A DNA stretch of 37,176 nucleotides, taken from contig OZ025790.1 of NCBI GenBank assembly GCA_964019425.1, positions 1,488,001-1,525,176 of the forward strand, read 5' to 3'. Every line of letters begins with the position of its first letter. Position 1 is the first letter of the stretch. Below are positions 20,655 to 31,600 of this stretch, in pieces. The DNA comes from Flectonema sp. DT1601. Lineage: Eukaryota. A program made the translations under genes and the position numbers. The notes below the pieces were generated by a model. That model was not told the origin of the DNA and did not search any database. It saw nothing but the letters and a program-made list of their open reading frames with translations.

Positions 20655-21791
20655 ATGTCTGGTGTAACAACAACTAAGAGCTGCATCCAGAGTGGGGCGC
20701 TCTCACGTACAAAATCAGTAATAGTCTTAGACAAGCTGAAGAGAGACGCACAGGCCCCGAGCGCGACGGCGGGTGAGTTATCAGCGGCACCGACGGTGAT
20801 GTCCGAGACGGAGTTGGCAAGGCAGTGTGTGGCCTTGGTGAATCAGTTAGTGGTGTTTGAGGCGCGAACGAAGACGGACACAGATGCGCCGTACCTGTTG
20901 TACGCAGGGATGTTAGTGGAGTTCGAAGACTCATATGCGATAAATTTTTCGTCGGCCTTTAATTATTTAGAAGGCATAAGCACATGGAGTGGGGAAGAGA
21001 AAAAATCAGCATTTCCACCTCCAATGATGGCTGTACAACGTTTGGTAAGTGCTTCAGTCTTTCAAACTGAGCGAGCGAAGGATTTGTTGGGCCGGAAGGA
21101 CGCGCAGCTGCGTGCACAGAGGGAGAAGGTGAGTGAGCTGGAAAACAATGTGAAGGGATTGCAAGAAATGGTACAGCAGCTGCTAAACAAGCCGGATGAA
21201 GAAATGTTAAATCATCAATCGTCTTCTCAACCGAGGTATCAGCATCAAGTTTTAAACTCAACTGTGTCAAGTCAAAACCAACCAATGTACCATCATCAGA
21301 ATCAGAACCAGGAATTTGACTACACTCAAATAGGAAGGGAAGCGACAGATGCTTACAGCATCACAGAGAAGTGTTTCCGGGACGCAGTCACACAGAGAGG
21401 CCCACTCGAAGTTGCCAGGGATTTTGAGATAGTAATGGTGGCCGGATATGAGCAGAGATACGGGGGGAATGATCTCCGTAAGAGTTTTGTAGCTTTTAGA
21501 CGATGGTTAGCCTCAGCATGCTCAGTACAGGACTGGAACACAAACCCGGAGCTAGTGGCACTTGGAGATCATCTGCTGAAGGAACTAAAGTTGAAGCACA
21601 CAGCAGTCAGAAGAGGAGTTGGACAGTATACCTTACAACAGCAGATGATGGCACAATCAGAGGATCCTTATGAGAAGGCAGCGATAGCTATCGAGAGGAG
21701 GAACGCAACGAGCAGAAAAGGCAAAGGAAGGAAAGGCGGTTTTAAAGGAGGATACAAGGGTCAGGGAAATGGACAGACCGGGAGGCAGTGA
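20655..21791 (+). CDS. Gag-like ORF1, YR copy 2
   Basis: 378 aa; differs from copy 1 at about 2 residues. Confidence 0.8.
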   Translation: MSGVTTTKSCIQSGALSRTKSVIVLDKLKRDAQAPSATAGELSAAPTVMSETELARQCVALVNQLVVFEARTKTDTDAPYLLYAGMLVEFEDSYAINFSSAFNYLEGISTWSGEEKKSAFPPPMMAVQRLVSASVFQTERAKDLLGRKDAQLRAQREKVSELENNVKGLQEMVQQLLNKPDEEMLNHQSSSQPRYQHQVLNSTVSSQNQPMYHHQNQNQEFDYTQIGREATDAYSITEKCFRDAVTQRGPLEVARDFEIVMVAGYEQRYGGNDLRKSFVAFRRWLASACSVQDWNTNPELVALGDHLLKELKLKHTAVRRGVGQYTLQQQMMAQSEDPYEKAAIAIERRNATSRKGKGRKGGFKGGYKGQGNGQTGRQ

Positions 21792-24700
21792 CTGGCACCT
21801 TCTGGTCAAAGAGTAAGTATGCCAGTAGCGACAATGTACGAAGCTTTCAAGAGACAACAACAGTCAGTCGGTTCAACAAGCGTCGCAATTTCAACTCATC
21901 GATTCACCCCGTACAACGCACAATCAATAGAACGCACGACTATACTCGACAACTCAGGAATGACAATTTTAAATTCAAACACGATGCAAGTTGCAACACG
22001 AACAACCAGCCTGGCGATATCAAGTCCAACTCACGTTTCTATTCCGAATCACATTCGAAGGCCAACTCCAAACATGTCACCTCATCGAAAAAGTATCGAC
22101 GATCCAGATTCGGACCCAAGACCTCTGCCGTGCAGCGCAGCTGTCCAGACGTCACATTCAGGCAACGAGAATTTTCTACTGGATGGCGAAGCCGAGCTTC
22201 AGACCGCAGAAACATCAACTCTAGGAACGCTAGAAGGAGATGTAATAAAAAGAGCAGTCTTAAATATTTTGCAACAGAGTGTCAAGAAAAAGAAGCAATC
22301 GGAGGACGAAGTGGACCCGGACGAGGCCGAGGAGAGGATTCAAGGCCTGGTCGAGAAGACTTGGGCGAAGCCAACAACGGTTGCAAGAAGAGCACTGTGG
22401 GACAGGTTGAACAGATGGATCCAATTGAACGACCTTCCCTTGAACGCAAACTCGGCAGTTCTGTTTGTGGCGGCAACAGGGGCGGCCCCATCTGCCCTCC
22501 TTACGTATTCAAAGCACCTGTCAGCGATGATGGGGAAGCTGGGAATGGAGACAAGTCCGTTATCAATAATGGGTACTTCGTTGAGAGCCGCTGGTGCCGA
22601 GATTCCAAGCAGGCAGGCAGAACCGATGGCGAAGGAAGATTTGGTGAAGTGGGCCAAGACACAAAAAGTGAATGTCCGGTTGGCACTCATGATCTGCTGG
22701 AAGACCGCGTCCCGGTGGGGAGAGGTGGCGACCCTGTCAAGCGAGCAGGTGAATGTGATAAGCAGAAACGAGGTGATTGTCGACTGGGCAACGAACCCCA
22801 AGGGCAGAAAGCGGAATCCGTTCTACCCTGGAAGGTGGGCAGTTATCGTGGGAGACCTGGTGGAGGAGATCGCGTCCGACAACATCCAGTTAGGAAAGTA
22901 CGAAAGACTGACGGAGTGGGGCACAGCAAAGTTGGTGCAGGAATGGAGAAGGGAGAAGTACATGAAGAAGTACTCGGCGCACTCCATCAAGCGAGGGGCG
23001 ATAAGTCGCCTGTTCGAACAGTTGGCGAGCGGGGAGGATATCAGGGAGGAATTAATAAGCCGCCTCGCGAAGCACAGCACAACCGCCGCCCTCTCGAACA
23101 CAACGATCCGGTACGGAGGAAACCCAGTGGCATTGGCCCGGGCATTGCGAACATCGGAGGTGACGATTCACCTCTGACCTGTATTAGGAAAATGAGGGCG
23201 CAGTTTACTCACAGAGGAAAGGGTACTCGTCTGCCTTCAACAGTTGAGGGGAGGGGCGCGCCGTTGCATGTCTCGAAGATACCGGAGATGAATCTCAGAC
23301 ATGTCAGGTCACGAATGCTACCTTCGATAAGGAAGCGTTTGAACATGTATGGTCACTCACATTTAATTATATCAACAAACAGGAAAAAGAAAGTAAAAAG
23401 AAGAAATCAAGGTTTTCAGCAGACCATGCTAAGAAGCTGGCTGAGTGTCATATTGCCGTTCCTTTTAATTTATCTGAGTCAAGGGCGCATAATGTGCCAT
23501 TTACTGTTTTCGAAGAAAGAGAGTCTGGAAATAGACAGAGGTTTATTTTGTGGACAAAAGAAGAGAACGAAAGAATAACAGGGGAGGGGTATGTTCCTTT
23601 TGTCCCGTTGAAACACATTTCGGAATACCTGGGTGCAGTTGACTCAGAGGTTGCATCTCTGAGAGACTTCAAAACTGGTTTTTACCAGGTTGCAATCCCA
23701 GAAGAGGCAAGAGGCCTGTTTGCGTTTCAGGATTCCGAGGGTGCTTCGTATGCCTTGACCAGACTGCCCATGGGGCATGTTTGTGCACCGGAAATAATGA
23801 ACACCGTGGCTGCTGTGGTAGCAGGTGACCCGCTTTTTGTCAAGGACAGGTATGCGGAGAAGGATGTTGGGATCCATTGGTGGATCGACAATATCAGGTA
23901 TTTCGGTGGAAGGGAGAAGGTGCACAGTGCAACAGAAAGATTGGATAAACTGGCATCTGAATGCAACATTTCTTGGAAACCACAGGATACAGTTAACTGT
24001 GGTGGATCTTATGATTTTCTTGGTGTTTCTTTTTTACATAATGCAAAGGAAGTGGGCTTAGGTGCCAAGATTAGAAGAGGTATTTTCAAGTGTGATTTAA
24101 ATCGTATGACTGCCTCGAGTATCGAGTCATTAGGGGGGAGACTTCTACATGCAAGTGCAATTTCAGGTGTTCCACCTGGGCGTTACTGGTTTGCTTTAAA
24201 GTTTCTGAGAAGAGTAACAAACAAGCTCAACAAGGGCTCTTTACGTGTTGAACAGGAAGTGGTTATTCCCCCCTCTGTGAAAAGAGAGTTTTTCAATTGG
24301 TGTAAGTCGGTCCAGAAGAAAAGGATCATTAAGTTGAATGGGACAAAGAAAAAGAAAGCTGAGGTATTTGTTGATGCCTCGCTCCAAGGGTGGGGCGGGG
24401 TTATTGTTTGGGAATCTGGAGAATTGGAAATCCTGGGAGGGGCATGGCCATATGGTGAGAGTCGCCACATTAACATTCTTGAAGCTGATGCTCTGGCCAG
24501 GACTCTGGATGGAATCAGCCATGCTGACCACCTGGGCATCTGGGTAGACAATACCTCGGTATGTGGAGCATTCAGGAAGAGAATGTGTGTAAGATCGCAT
24601 GATTTGAACTTTTTTGTTATAAAAGCAGTGGAGAGAATTTTGTTTTTTAAGTGTTCTTTTTCTTTAAAATGGGTGAGTACGAAGTACAACCCAGCAGATA

Positions 24701-24873
24701 TTCCATCTAGGGAAGCAATATCTTCGGCTACCAGGCAGAAGGTAGAACTTGCGCTGGGGGAATTCTTTAACTCGCGGCGGGGTGGTGGAGCCGGCAACCC
24801 AACGAACAGAACTGGGACCGGCGGCGGCGTCCAGCCCATCCATGGCGGACCCACCACAACCCCAACGCGGTGA
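21788..24873 (+). CDS. Pol (RT + RNase H), YR copy 2, broken by one missing T at ~23338-23340
   Basis: ORFs 21788-23578 and 23494-24873; gcgtttgaac here versus gcgttttgaac in copy 1. Confidence 0.88.
21819..23177 (+). CDS. Tyrosine recombinase, YR copy 2
   Basis: 452 aa; same catalytic motifs as copy 1. Confidence 0.9.
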   Translation: MPVATMYEAFKRQQQSVGSTSVAISTHRFTPYNAQSIERTTILDNSGMTILNSNTMQVATRTTSLAISSPTHVSIPNHIRRPTPNMSPHRKSIDDPDSDPRPLPCSAAVQTSHSGNENFLLDGEAELQTAETSTLGTLEGDVIKRAVLNILQQSVKKKKQSEDEVDPDEAEERIQGLVEKTWAKPTTVARRALWDRLNRWIQLNDLPLNANSAVLFVAATGAAPSALLTYSKHLSAMMGKLGMETSPLSIMGTSLRAAGAEIPSRQAEPMAKEDLVKWAKTQKVNVRLALMICWKTASRWGEVATLSSEQVNVISRNEVIVDWATNPKGRKRNPFYPGRWAVIVGDLVEEIASDNIQLGKYERLTEWGTAKLVQEWRREKYMKKYSAHSIKRGAISRLFEQLASGEDIREELISRLAKHSTTAALSNTTIRYGGNPVALARALRTSEVTIHL

Positions 24874-25471
24874 CCTACTCGCATGGGTAGTCCACCAAGT
24901 TGACCATTGTTTAGTTTATTGATATCACCGAGTGATTTGTTTCTCATGTTTCCTTTCTTCCAAACAGGTGCCCAAAGGATGCAAGATAATTACTGTTAAA
25001 TATATTTCAGTAATTTGCAGCATCCCAAAGCACCGTTTCACCAAGCATCGAATTTTTCGATGCGTTCCCATAATGTAAATCCAACATTATGATTATTAGT
25101 TTCTTAATACCAATTCTTAATTCACAACCCATTTATCAGATTTCGAACCCCGTTTCGCGCATACCTTTTTCACGAATTTTAAATTCCCACCCACCCACAC
25201 CTTTTTAAAAAAAAAAAAAAGTCCCACCCACCGACCCTCCATCGCCGGCAACCCAACGAACAGAACTGGGACCGGCAGCGGCGTCCAGCCCATCCATGGC
25301 GGACCCACCACAACCCCAACGCGGTGACCTACTCGCATGGGTAGTCCACCAAGTTGACCATTGTTTAGTTTATTGATATCACCGAGTGATTTGTTTCTCA
25401 TGTTTCCTTTCTTCCAAACAGGTGCCCAAAGGATGCAAGATAATTACTGTACTTTATTGGCTAAAAATAAA

Positions 25472-26813
25472 ATGGCTGGTAAGAAAGCAATGCGTCCGCA
25501 AGATAGAAGGGCAGCGGAAAGGAGAGAAAGAGAAAGGAAAGAGGCGAAGATGATGAGGGAACAAGCCAGAAATGAGATCCGGGAAGAAGAAGAGGGGTCT
25601 CGGCAGGAGATAGAGTCCCAGCAACAGGAAGAAATGGAGATGGACTCTCCAGAAGTGCCAGAAGGAATCTCAGTAGAAGTGATTGCAGTAGGACCTCCAG
25701 CAGCATTTCAAGCAAGCCCTCAAAACAAGGAGGCAACTCAAACAAAGACAAGCCCTCAAAACAAAGAGGCAATTCAAATCGAGGCACAAGGAAGTGTTAC
25801 ATCACAATCAAATTAAAGCCCTCAAATCAAAGAGGCACAAAGAAGATCAACGGTGATTATGACTGGGCCACCACCGAAACTCAACAAGGAGCATTTTAAT
25901 TACAAAATTCTCCAGCCAACTGATGACCTCAACAGCAAGACCAATGGAATTATACTCTCATTGGCTCAACAAGGAAGAAGCCTGGACAAACAATACTTCG
26001 AAAAGGCCAGCAAAACGAAGCAACTGACGATGGTGTTCACACGGCCACCTCCAAAACGTGCCCTACAACACGCAACTGGCTGCAGTCAGATACAAACGCC
26101 GGTCCAATTTGATGGACAATTAAGAATAAGAAGCTGGTGGTTCGTTGCTTTGTCCGGCACGATACAAGAAGATAAACCCACCTGTGACCCACGAATTAAT
26201 TGCGTGGATAACAACTAAAGAGTTGACCAAGTCACAGGTCCAAAACCCAGCAGCTGTAACAGCAATTGTCAAAGCTGTTGTGGCACAACACGGAAGAGTC
26301 GACCAACGCTCCTACAGATACGTTGGCAAAGACTTCGTAGAACTCACTGTTCTCCCAAACGACGTGGAAGCAGCTGTCGCATTACTAAAAAACTCCGGTA
26401 TTGGAAATGTTTATTTCCCGATTAAATCAGTGGCGGGACAGACACCCGCTCAATACACCACAGTGTGGCTGGACCGCAAGACAACAAACGAAGAGGCAGT
26501 TGGCATACTTAAAGCCCAACATGACCTCTGCTATGGACTCACCATCATTCATGGCAAGATTGGATTGAGGGTGGTTTATCAAAAGGATGTAGACAAGGTG
26601 AGAAAGGGTGCTGGTAAATATGCATCCACAGTATTTGGTGAAGGGCTTCACCGTCACAGTGGAGCACCATACAGCTGGGGCAACAGACTTCGGAACATCC
26701 TATTGGAGATAGGACTGAAGTCGAAGTTTATAAGGATGGATAGAGGTGACTTTATCATCGCACTGGACAAGAAACCAGAATCAAGGTTTGTACAGTGTGG
26801 GGATTTTGTCATC
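25472..26813 (+). pseudogene. LINE family A-like ORF1, frameshifted and 3'-truncated at the short octamer array
   Basis: Starts MAGKKAM at 25472. Pieces 25472-25816, 25853-26218 and 26145-26813 match ORF1 10242-12092 with deletions. Its 5' stub is at 16666-16689. Confidence 0.9.
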
Positions 26814-26815
26814 TT

Positions 26816-26934
26816 GCAAACCCGCAAACCCGCAAACCCGCAAACCCGCAAACCCGCAAACCCGCAAACCCGCAAACCCGCAAACCCGCAAACCCGCAAA
26901 CCCGCAAACCCGCAAACCCGCAAACCCGCAAACC
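26816..26934 (+). repeat. Short interstitial (AAACCCGC)n array, about 15 units
   Basis: Perfect 8-bp tandem repeat identical to the terminal array unit. Confidence 0.97.
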
Positions 26935-27244
26935 AACACTCAGACTGGGAACTGCACAAAAGGCAAGTGAAGTACGATATACTCTTATAATATTTTCCTT
27001 TTCATTGATCAACATTAAATGTTGTTTAAGTATCATTTTTGTTCTCTTGTTATTATTTCAGATTTATCATTTTACTGTTCTCTTATCATTATTTCATTGT
27101 ACTCATTTATTCAGGCTAGGAAGGGTCTTAACGCAAAGCGTTTTCCCACCCGCCCTACCCCATGCGCAGGTGGAAGTTCCGTCGGTTTTCGGGAAGGTGG
27201 TCCTCGAACACATCCGGAGGGACGATCGACACCGTGGAGACACG

Positions 27245-28126
27245 ATGGAAGTAAGGGTGGACCACGACACAGCGTTGGAACGCCTGGGGGTGGTCGTCGC
27301 GTCGATGTGGGCGGACGAAACCTCATCGAAGCGCAGAAACCTCTGGGGTCGGTTGGAACAATGGGCGTTGGCTCAGCGTCTGCCAATGTCTGCCGAAACA
27401 GCTGCGTTGTTCGTGCTGGCCACAGACGTGAGACCGCAGGGACAGCTGCAATACGCAAAGGCGCTGTCCGGGATCTACCGACACCTTGGTCTGGAAAACC
27501 AACCGCTCCTCAGCCTGGCAAGCGCGCTGAGGGCAAAAGGGGCGGCCGTTCCGCGTTCACAAGCAGTTCCCATGTCAAAGGAGCAGCTGTTGGGTTGGGC
27601 GAGAAGTCTGACGGGACGTTTGAGGCTCGCGGCGCTGGTGTGTTGGAAGTCGGCTTCCCGGTGGGGAGAAGTGCACGTGCTGACGTCGGCGCATTTCGTT
27701 CTGGTGGAGGACGCGGAAGTGATCGTGGACTGGGGGACGTCGCCAAAACACCGGAGAGCAAACCCGTTCGTGCCGTCCCGTTGGGCGGTCTTGCGGGGGG
27801 ATCTGGTCGGGGAGATCGCAAGCTTGTTTCGGGAGCTGGCTCCTTTCGATCGGCTGACGGACGTCACCACCGAGCGGTTGGCAGAGTTGTGGCGGGGGAC
27901 TCCGGGAATGCGGGGTTTTACGGGCCACTCGATAAAACGAGGCGCCGCCGCGGCTTTGATGCGAGCGATGGCCGAGGGAAGGCTCACAGAAGGGTACCTG
28001 GTATCACGACTGTTGAAGCACGCCGAAGACGGAACCAACATCTCTGCAACAACGATCAGGTATTCGTCGGATTTCGTGGACACCGCCCGAGCGCTGCAAA
28101 CGTGGAAGGTCACCATCCTGCTGTAG
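27245..28126 (+). CDS. Tyrosine recombinase of a second, GC-richer YR retrotransposon family (start uncertain; GC-rich sequence begins ~27114)
   Basis: WKSASRWGEV, EVIVDWGTSPK, GHSIKRGA, RLLKH and TTIRY align with the copy 1/2 YR. No gag ORF upstream. Confidence 0.88.
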   Translation: MEVRVDHDTALERLGVVVASMWADETSSKRRNLWGRLEQWALAQRLPMSAETAALFVLATDVRPQGQLQYAKALSGIYRHLGLENQPLLSLASALRAKGAAVPRSQAVPMSKEQLLGWARSLTGRLRLAALVCWKSASRWGEVHVLTSAHFVLVEDAEVIVDWGTSPKHRRANPFVPSRWAVLRGDLVGEIASLFRELAPFDRLTDVTTERLAELWRGTPGMRGFTGHSIKRGAAAALMRAMAEGRLTEGYLVSRLLKHAEDGTNISATTIRYSSDFVDTARALQTWKVTILL

Positions 28127-28629
28127 TTGCGGAGGACGTTGACGACGAAGGTGAGGCGATGGAAGCGGTGGCGCGGCTGTCTCCGTGCACGACGCACAGC
28201 ATCATCAGGAGGGGCAAGCGGACAAGACTGCCGTCGACGGCGGAGGAACGTTCGTCGCCTTTGCATGTGAGTGGCGTTGAGACGATGGATGTTGACGGAC
28301 TCAGAAGTAGGATGACTGATGTTGCGAGGGATAGGTTCGATCAGGTGTGGAACTTGACCTTTTACCCGGAGGTGGGGAAGTTGAGTCGCTCGTCGTCTAC
28401 TTCATCTTTCGCTGGGAGGCACGCTGCGGAGTTGCTGAGGAACGGGATCGCGCGAGCTGCGAGTGGACCGGGGAGAGCGGTGAACGTTCCATTCACCGTG
28501 GTGGAGGAGAAGCCGGAGGGACTGCGGCAGCGGTTCATCCTTTGGACGAGGGATGCGAATGGTTGGGCCGAAGAAGCTTACGAAGCTCACGTCCCGCTGT
28601 TCCACATCTCAAAATATTTGGATCGGGTT
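28127..28629 (+). pseudogene. N-terminal RT region of second YR family, truncated by the terminal array
   Basis: Manual translation RGKRTRLPSTAEERSSPLHVS...NVPFTVVEEKPEGLRQRFILWT...HISKYLDRV matches family 1 RGKSTRLPSTVEERGAPLHVS...NVPFTVFEERESGNRQRFILWT...HISEYLGAV. Confidence 0.88.
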
Positions 28630-31600
28630 AAACCCGCAAACCCGCAAACCCGCAAACCCGCAAACCCGCAAACCCGCAAACCCGCAAACCCGCAAACCCG
28701 CAAACCCGCAAACCCGCAAACCCGCAAACCCGCAAACCCGCAAACCCGCAAACCCGCAAACCCGCAAACCCGCAAACCCGCAAACCCGCAAACCCGCAAA
28801 CCCGCAAACCCGCAAACCCGCAAACCCGCAAACCCGCAAACCCGCAAACCCGCAAACCCGCAAACCCGCAAACCCGCAAACCCGCAAACCCGCAAACCCG
28901 CAAACCCGCAAACCCGCAAACCCGCAAACCCGCAAACCCGCAAACCCGCAAACCCGCAAACCCGCAAACCCGCAAACCCGCAAACCCGCAAACCCGCAAA
29001 CCCGCAAACCCGCAAACCCGCAAACCCGCAAACCCGCAAACCCGCAAACCCGCAAACCCGCAAACCCGCAAACCCGCAAACCCGCAAACCCGCAAACCCG
29101 CAAACCCGCAAACCCGCAAACCCGCAAACCCGCAAACCCGCAAACCCGCAAACCCGCAAACCCGCAAACCCGCAAACCCGCAAACCCGCAAACCCGCAAA
29201 CCCGCAAACCCGCAAACCCGCAAACCCGCAAACCCGCAAACCCGCAAACCCGCAAACCCGCAAACCCGCAAACCCGCAAACCCGCAAACCCGCAAACCCG
29301 CAAACCCGCAAACCCGCAAACCCGCAAACCCGCAAACCCGCAAACCCGCAAACCCGCAAACCCGCAAACCCGCAAACCCGCAAACCCGCAAACCCGCAAA
29401 CCCGCAAACCCGCAAACCCGCAAACCCGCAAACCCGCAAACCCGCAAACCCGCAAACCCGCAAACCCGCAAACCCGCAAACCCGCAAACCCGCAAACCCG
29501 CAAACCCGCAAACCCGCAAACCCGCAAACCCGCAAACCCGCAAACCCGCAAACCCGCAAACCCGCAAACCCGCAAACCCGCAAACCCGCAAACCCGCAAA
29601 CCCGCAAACCCGCAAACCCGCAAACCCGCAAACCCGCAAACCCGCAAACCCGCAAACCCGCAAACCCGCAAACCCGCAAACCCGCAAACCCGCAAACCCG
29701 CAAACCCGCAAACCCGCAAACCCGCAAACCCGCAAACCCGCAAACCCGCAAACCCGCAAACCCGCAAACCCGCAAACCCGCAAACCCGCAAACCCGCAAA
29801 CCCGCAAACCCGCAAACCCGCAAACCCGCAAACCCGCAAACCCGCAAACCCGCAAACCCGCAAACCCGCAAACCCGCAAACCCGCAAACCCGCAAACCCG
29901 CAAACCCGCAAACCCGCAAACCCGCAAACCCGCAAACCCGCAAACCCGCAAACCCGCAAACCCGCAAACCCGCAAACCCGCAAACCCGCAAACCCGCAAA
30001 CCCGCAAACCCGCAAACCCGCAAACCCGCAAACCCGCAAACCCGCAAACCCGCAAACCCGCAAACCCGCAAACCCGCAAACCCGCAAACCCGCAAACCCG
30101 CAAACCCGCAAACCCGCAAACCCGCAAACCCGCAAACCCGCAAACCCGCAAACCCGCAAACCCGCAAACCCGCAAACCCGCAAACCCGCAAACCCGCAAA
30201 CCCGCAAACCCGCAAACCCGCAAACCCGCAAACCCGCAAACCCGCAAACCCGCAAACCCGCAAACCCGCAAACCCGCAAACCCGCAAACCCGCAAACCCG
30301 CAAACCCGCAAACCCGCAAACCCGCAAACCCGCAAACCCGCAAACCCGCAAACCCGCAAACCCGCAAACCCGCAAACCCGCAAACCCGCAAACCCGCAAA
30401 CCCGCAAACCCGCAAACCCGCAAACCCGCAAACCCGCAAACCCGCAAACCCGCAAACCCGCAAACCCGCAAACCCGCAAACCCGCAAACCCGCAAACCCG
30501 CAAACCCGCAAACCCGCAAACCCGCAAACCCGCAAACCCGCAAACCCGCAAACCCGCAAACCCGCAAACCCGCAAACCCGCAAACCCGCAAACCCGCAAA
30601 CCCGCAAACCCGCAAACCCGCAAACCCGCAAACCCGCAAACCCGCAAACCCGCAAACCCGCAAACCCGCAAACCCGCAAACCCGCAAACCCGCAAACCCG
30701 CAAACCCGCAAACCCGCAAACCCGCAAACCCGCAAACCCGCAAACCCGCAAACCCGCAAACCCGCAAACCCGCAAACCCGCAAACCCGCAAACCCGCAAA
30801 CCCGCAAACCCGCAAACCCGCAAACCCGCAAACCCGCAAACCCGCAAACCCGCAAACCCGCAAACCCGCAAACCCGCAAACCCGCAAACCCGCAAACCCG
30901 CAAACCCGCAAACCCGCAAACCCGCAAACCCGCAAACCCGCAAACCCGCAAACCCGCAAACCCGCAAACCCGCAAACCCGCAAACCCGCAAACCCGCAAA
31001 CCCGCAAACCCGCAAACCCGCAAACCCGCAAACCCGCAAACCCGCAAACCCGCAAACCCGCAAACCCGCAAACCCGCAAACCCGCAAACCCGCAAACCCG
31101 CAAACCCGCAAACCCGCAAACCCGCAAACCCGCAAACCCGCAAACCCGCAAACCCGCAAACCCGCAAACCCGCAAACCCGCAAACCCGCAAACCCGCAAA
31201 CCCGCAAACCCGCAAACCCGCAAACCCGCAAACCCGCAAACCCGCAAACCCGCAAACCCGCAAACCCGCAAACCCGCAAACCCGCAAACCCGCAAACCCG
31301 CAAACCCGCAAACCCGCAAACCCGCAAACCCGCAAACCCGCAAACCCGCAAACCCGCAAACCCGCAAACCCGCAAACCCGCAAACCCGCAAACCCGCAAA
31401 CCCGCAAACCCGCAAACCCGCAAACCCGCAAACCCGCAAACCCGCAAACCCGCAAACCCGCAAACCCGCAAACCCGCAAACCCGCAAACCCGCAAACCCG
31501 CAAACCCGCAAACCCGCAAACCCGCAAACCCGCAAACCCGCAAACCCGCAAACCCGCAAACCCGCAAACCCGCAAACCCGCAAACCCGCAAACCCGCAAA

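Larger units (their letters stand above)
16686..25450 (+). mobile_element. YR retrotransposon copy 2 (left tip 16686-16697, body 20461-25450; interrupted by LINE B)
   Basis: Only scattered differences from copy 1. B1 24790-24996, A2 24997-25185, B2 25244-25450. Same flanks gctacagtttctgt / actttattggc. Confidence 0.93.

Noticed and set aside
26795..27113. Hydrophobic, membrane-like N-terminus on the 443-aa YR ORF
   Set aside because: Read-through of the octamer tract and a T-rich spacer; YR homology starts further downstream.
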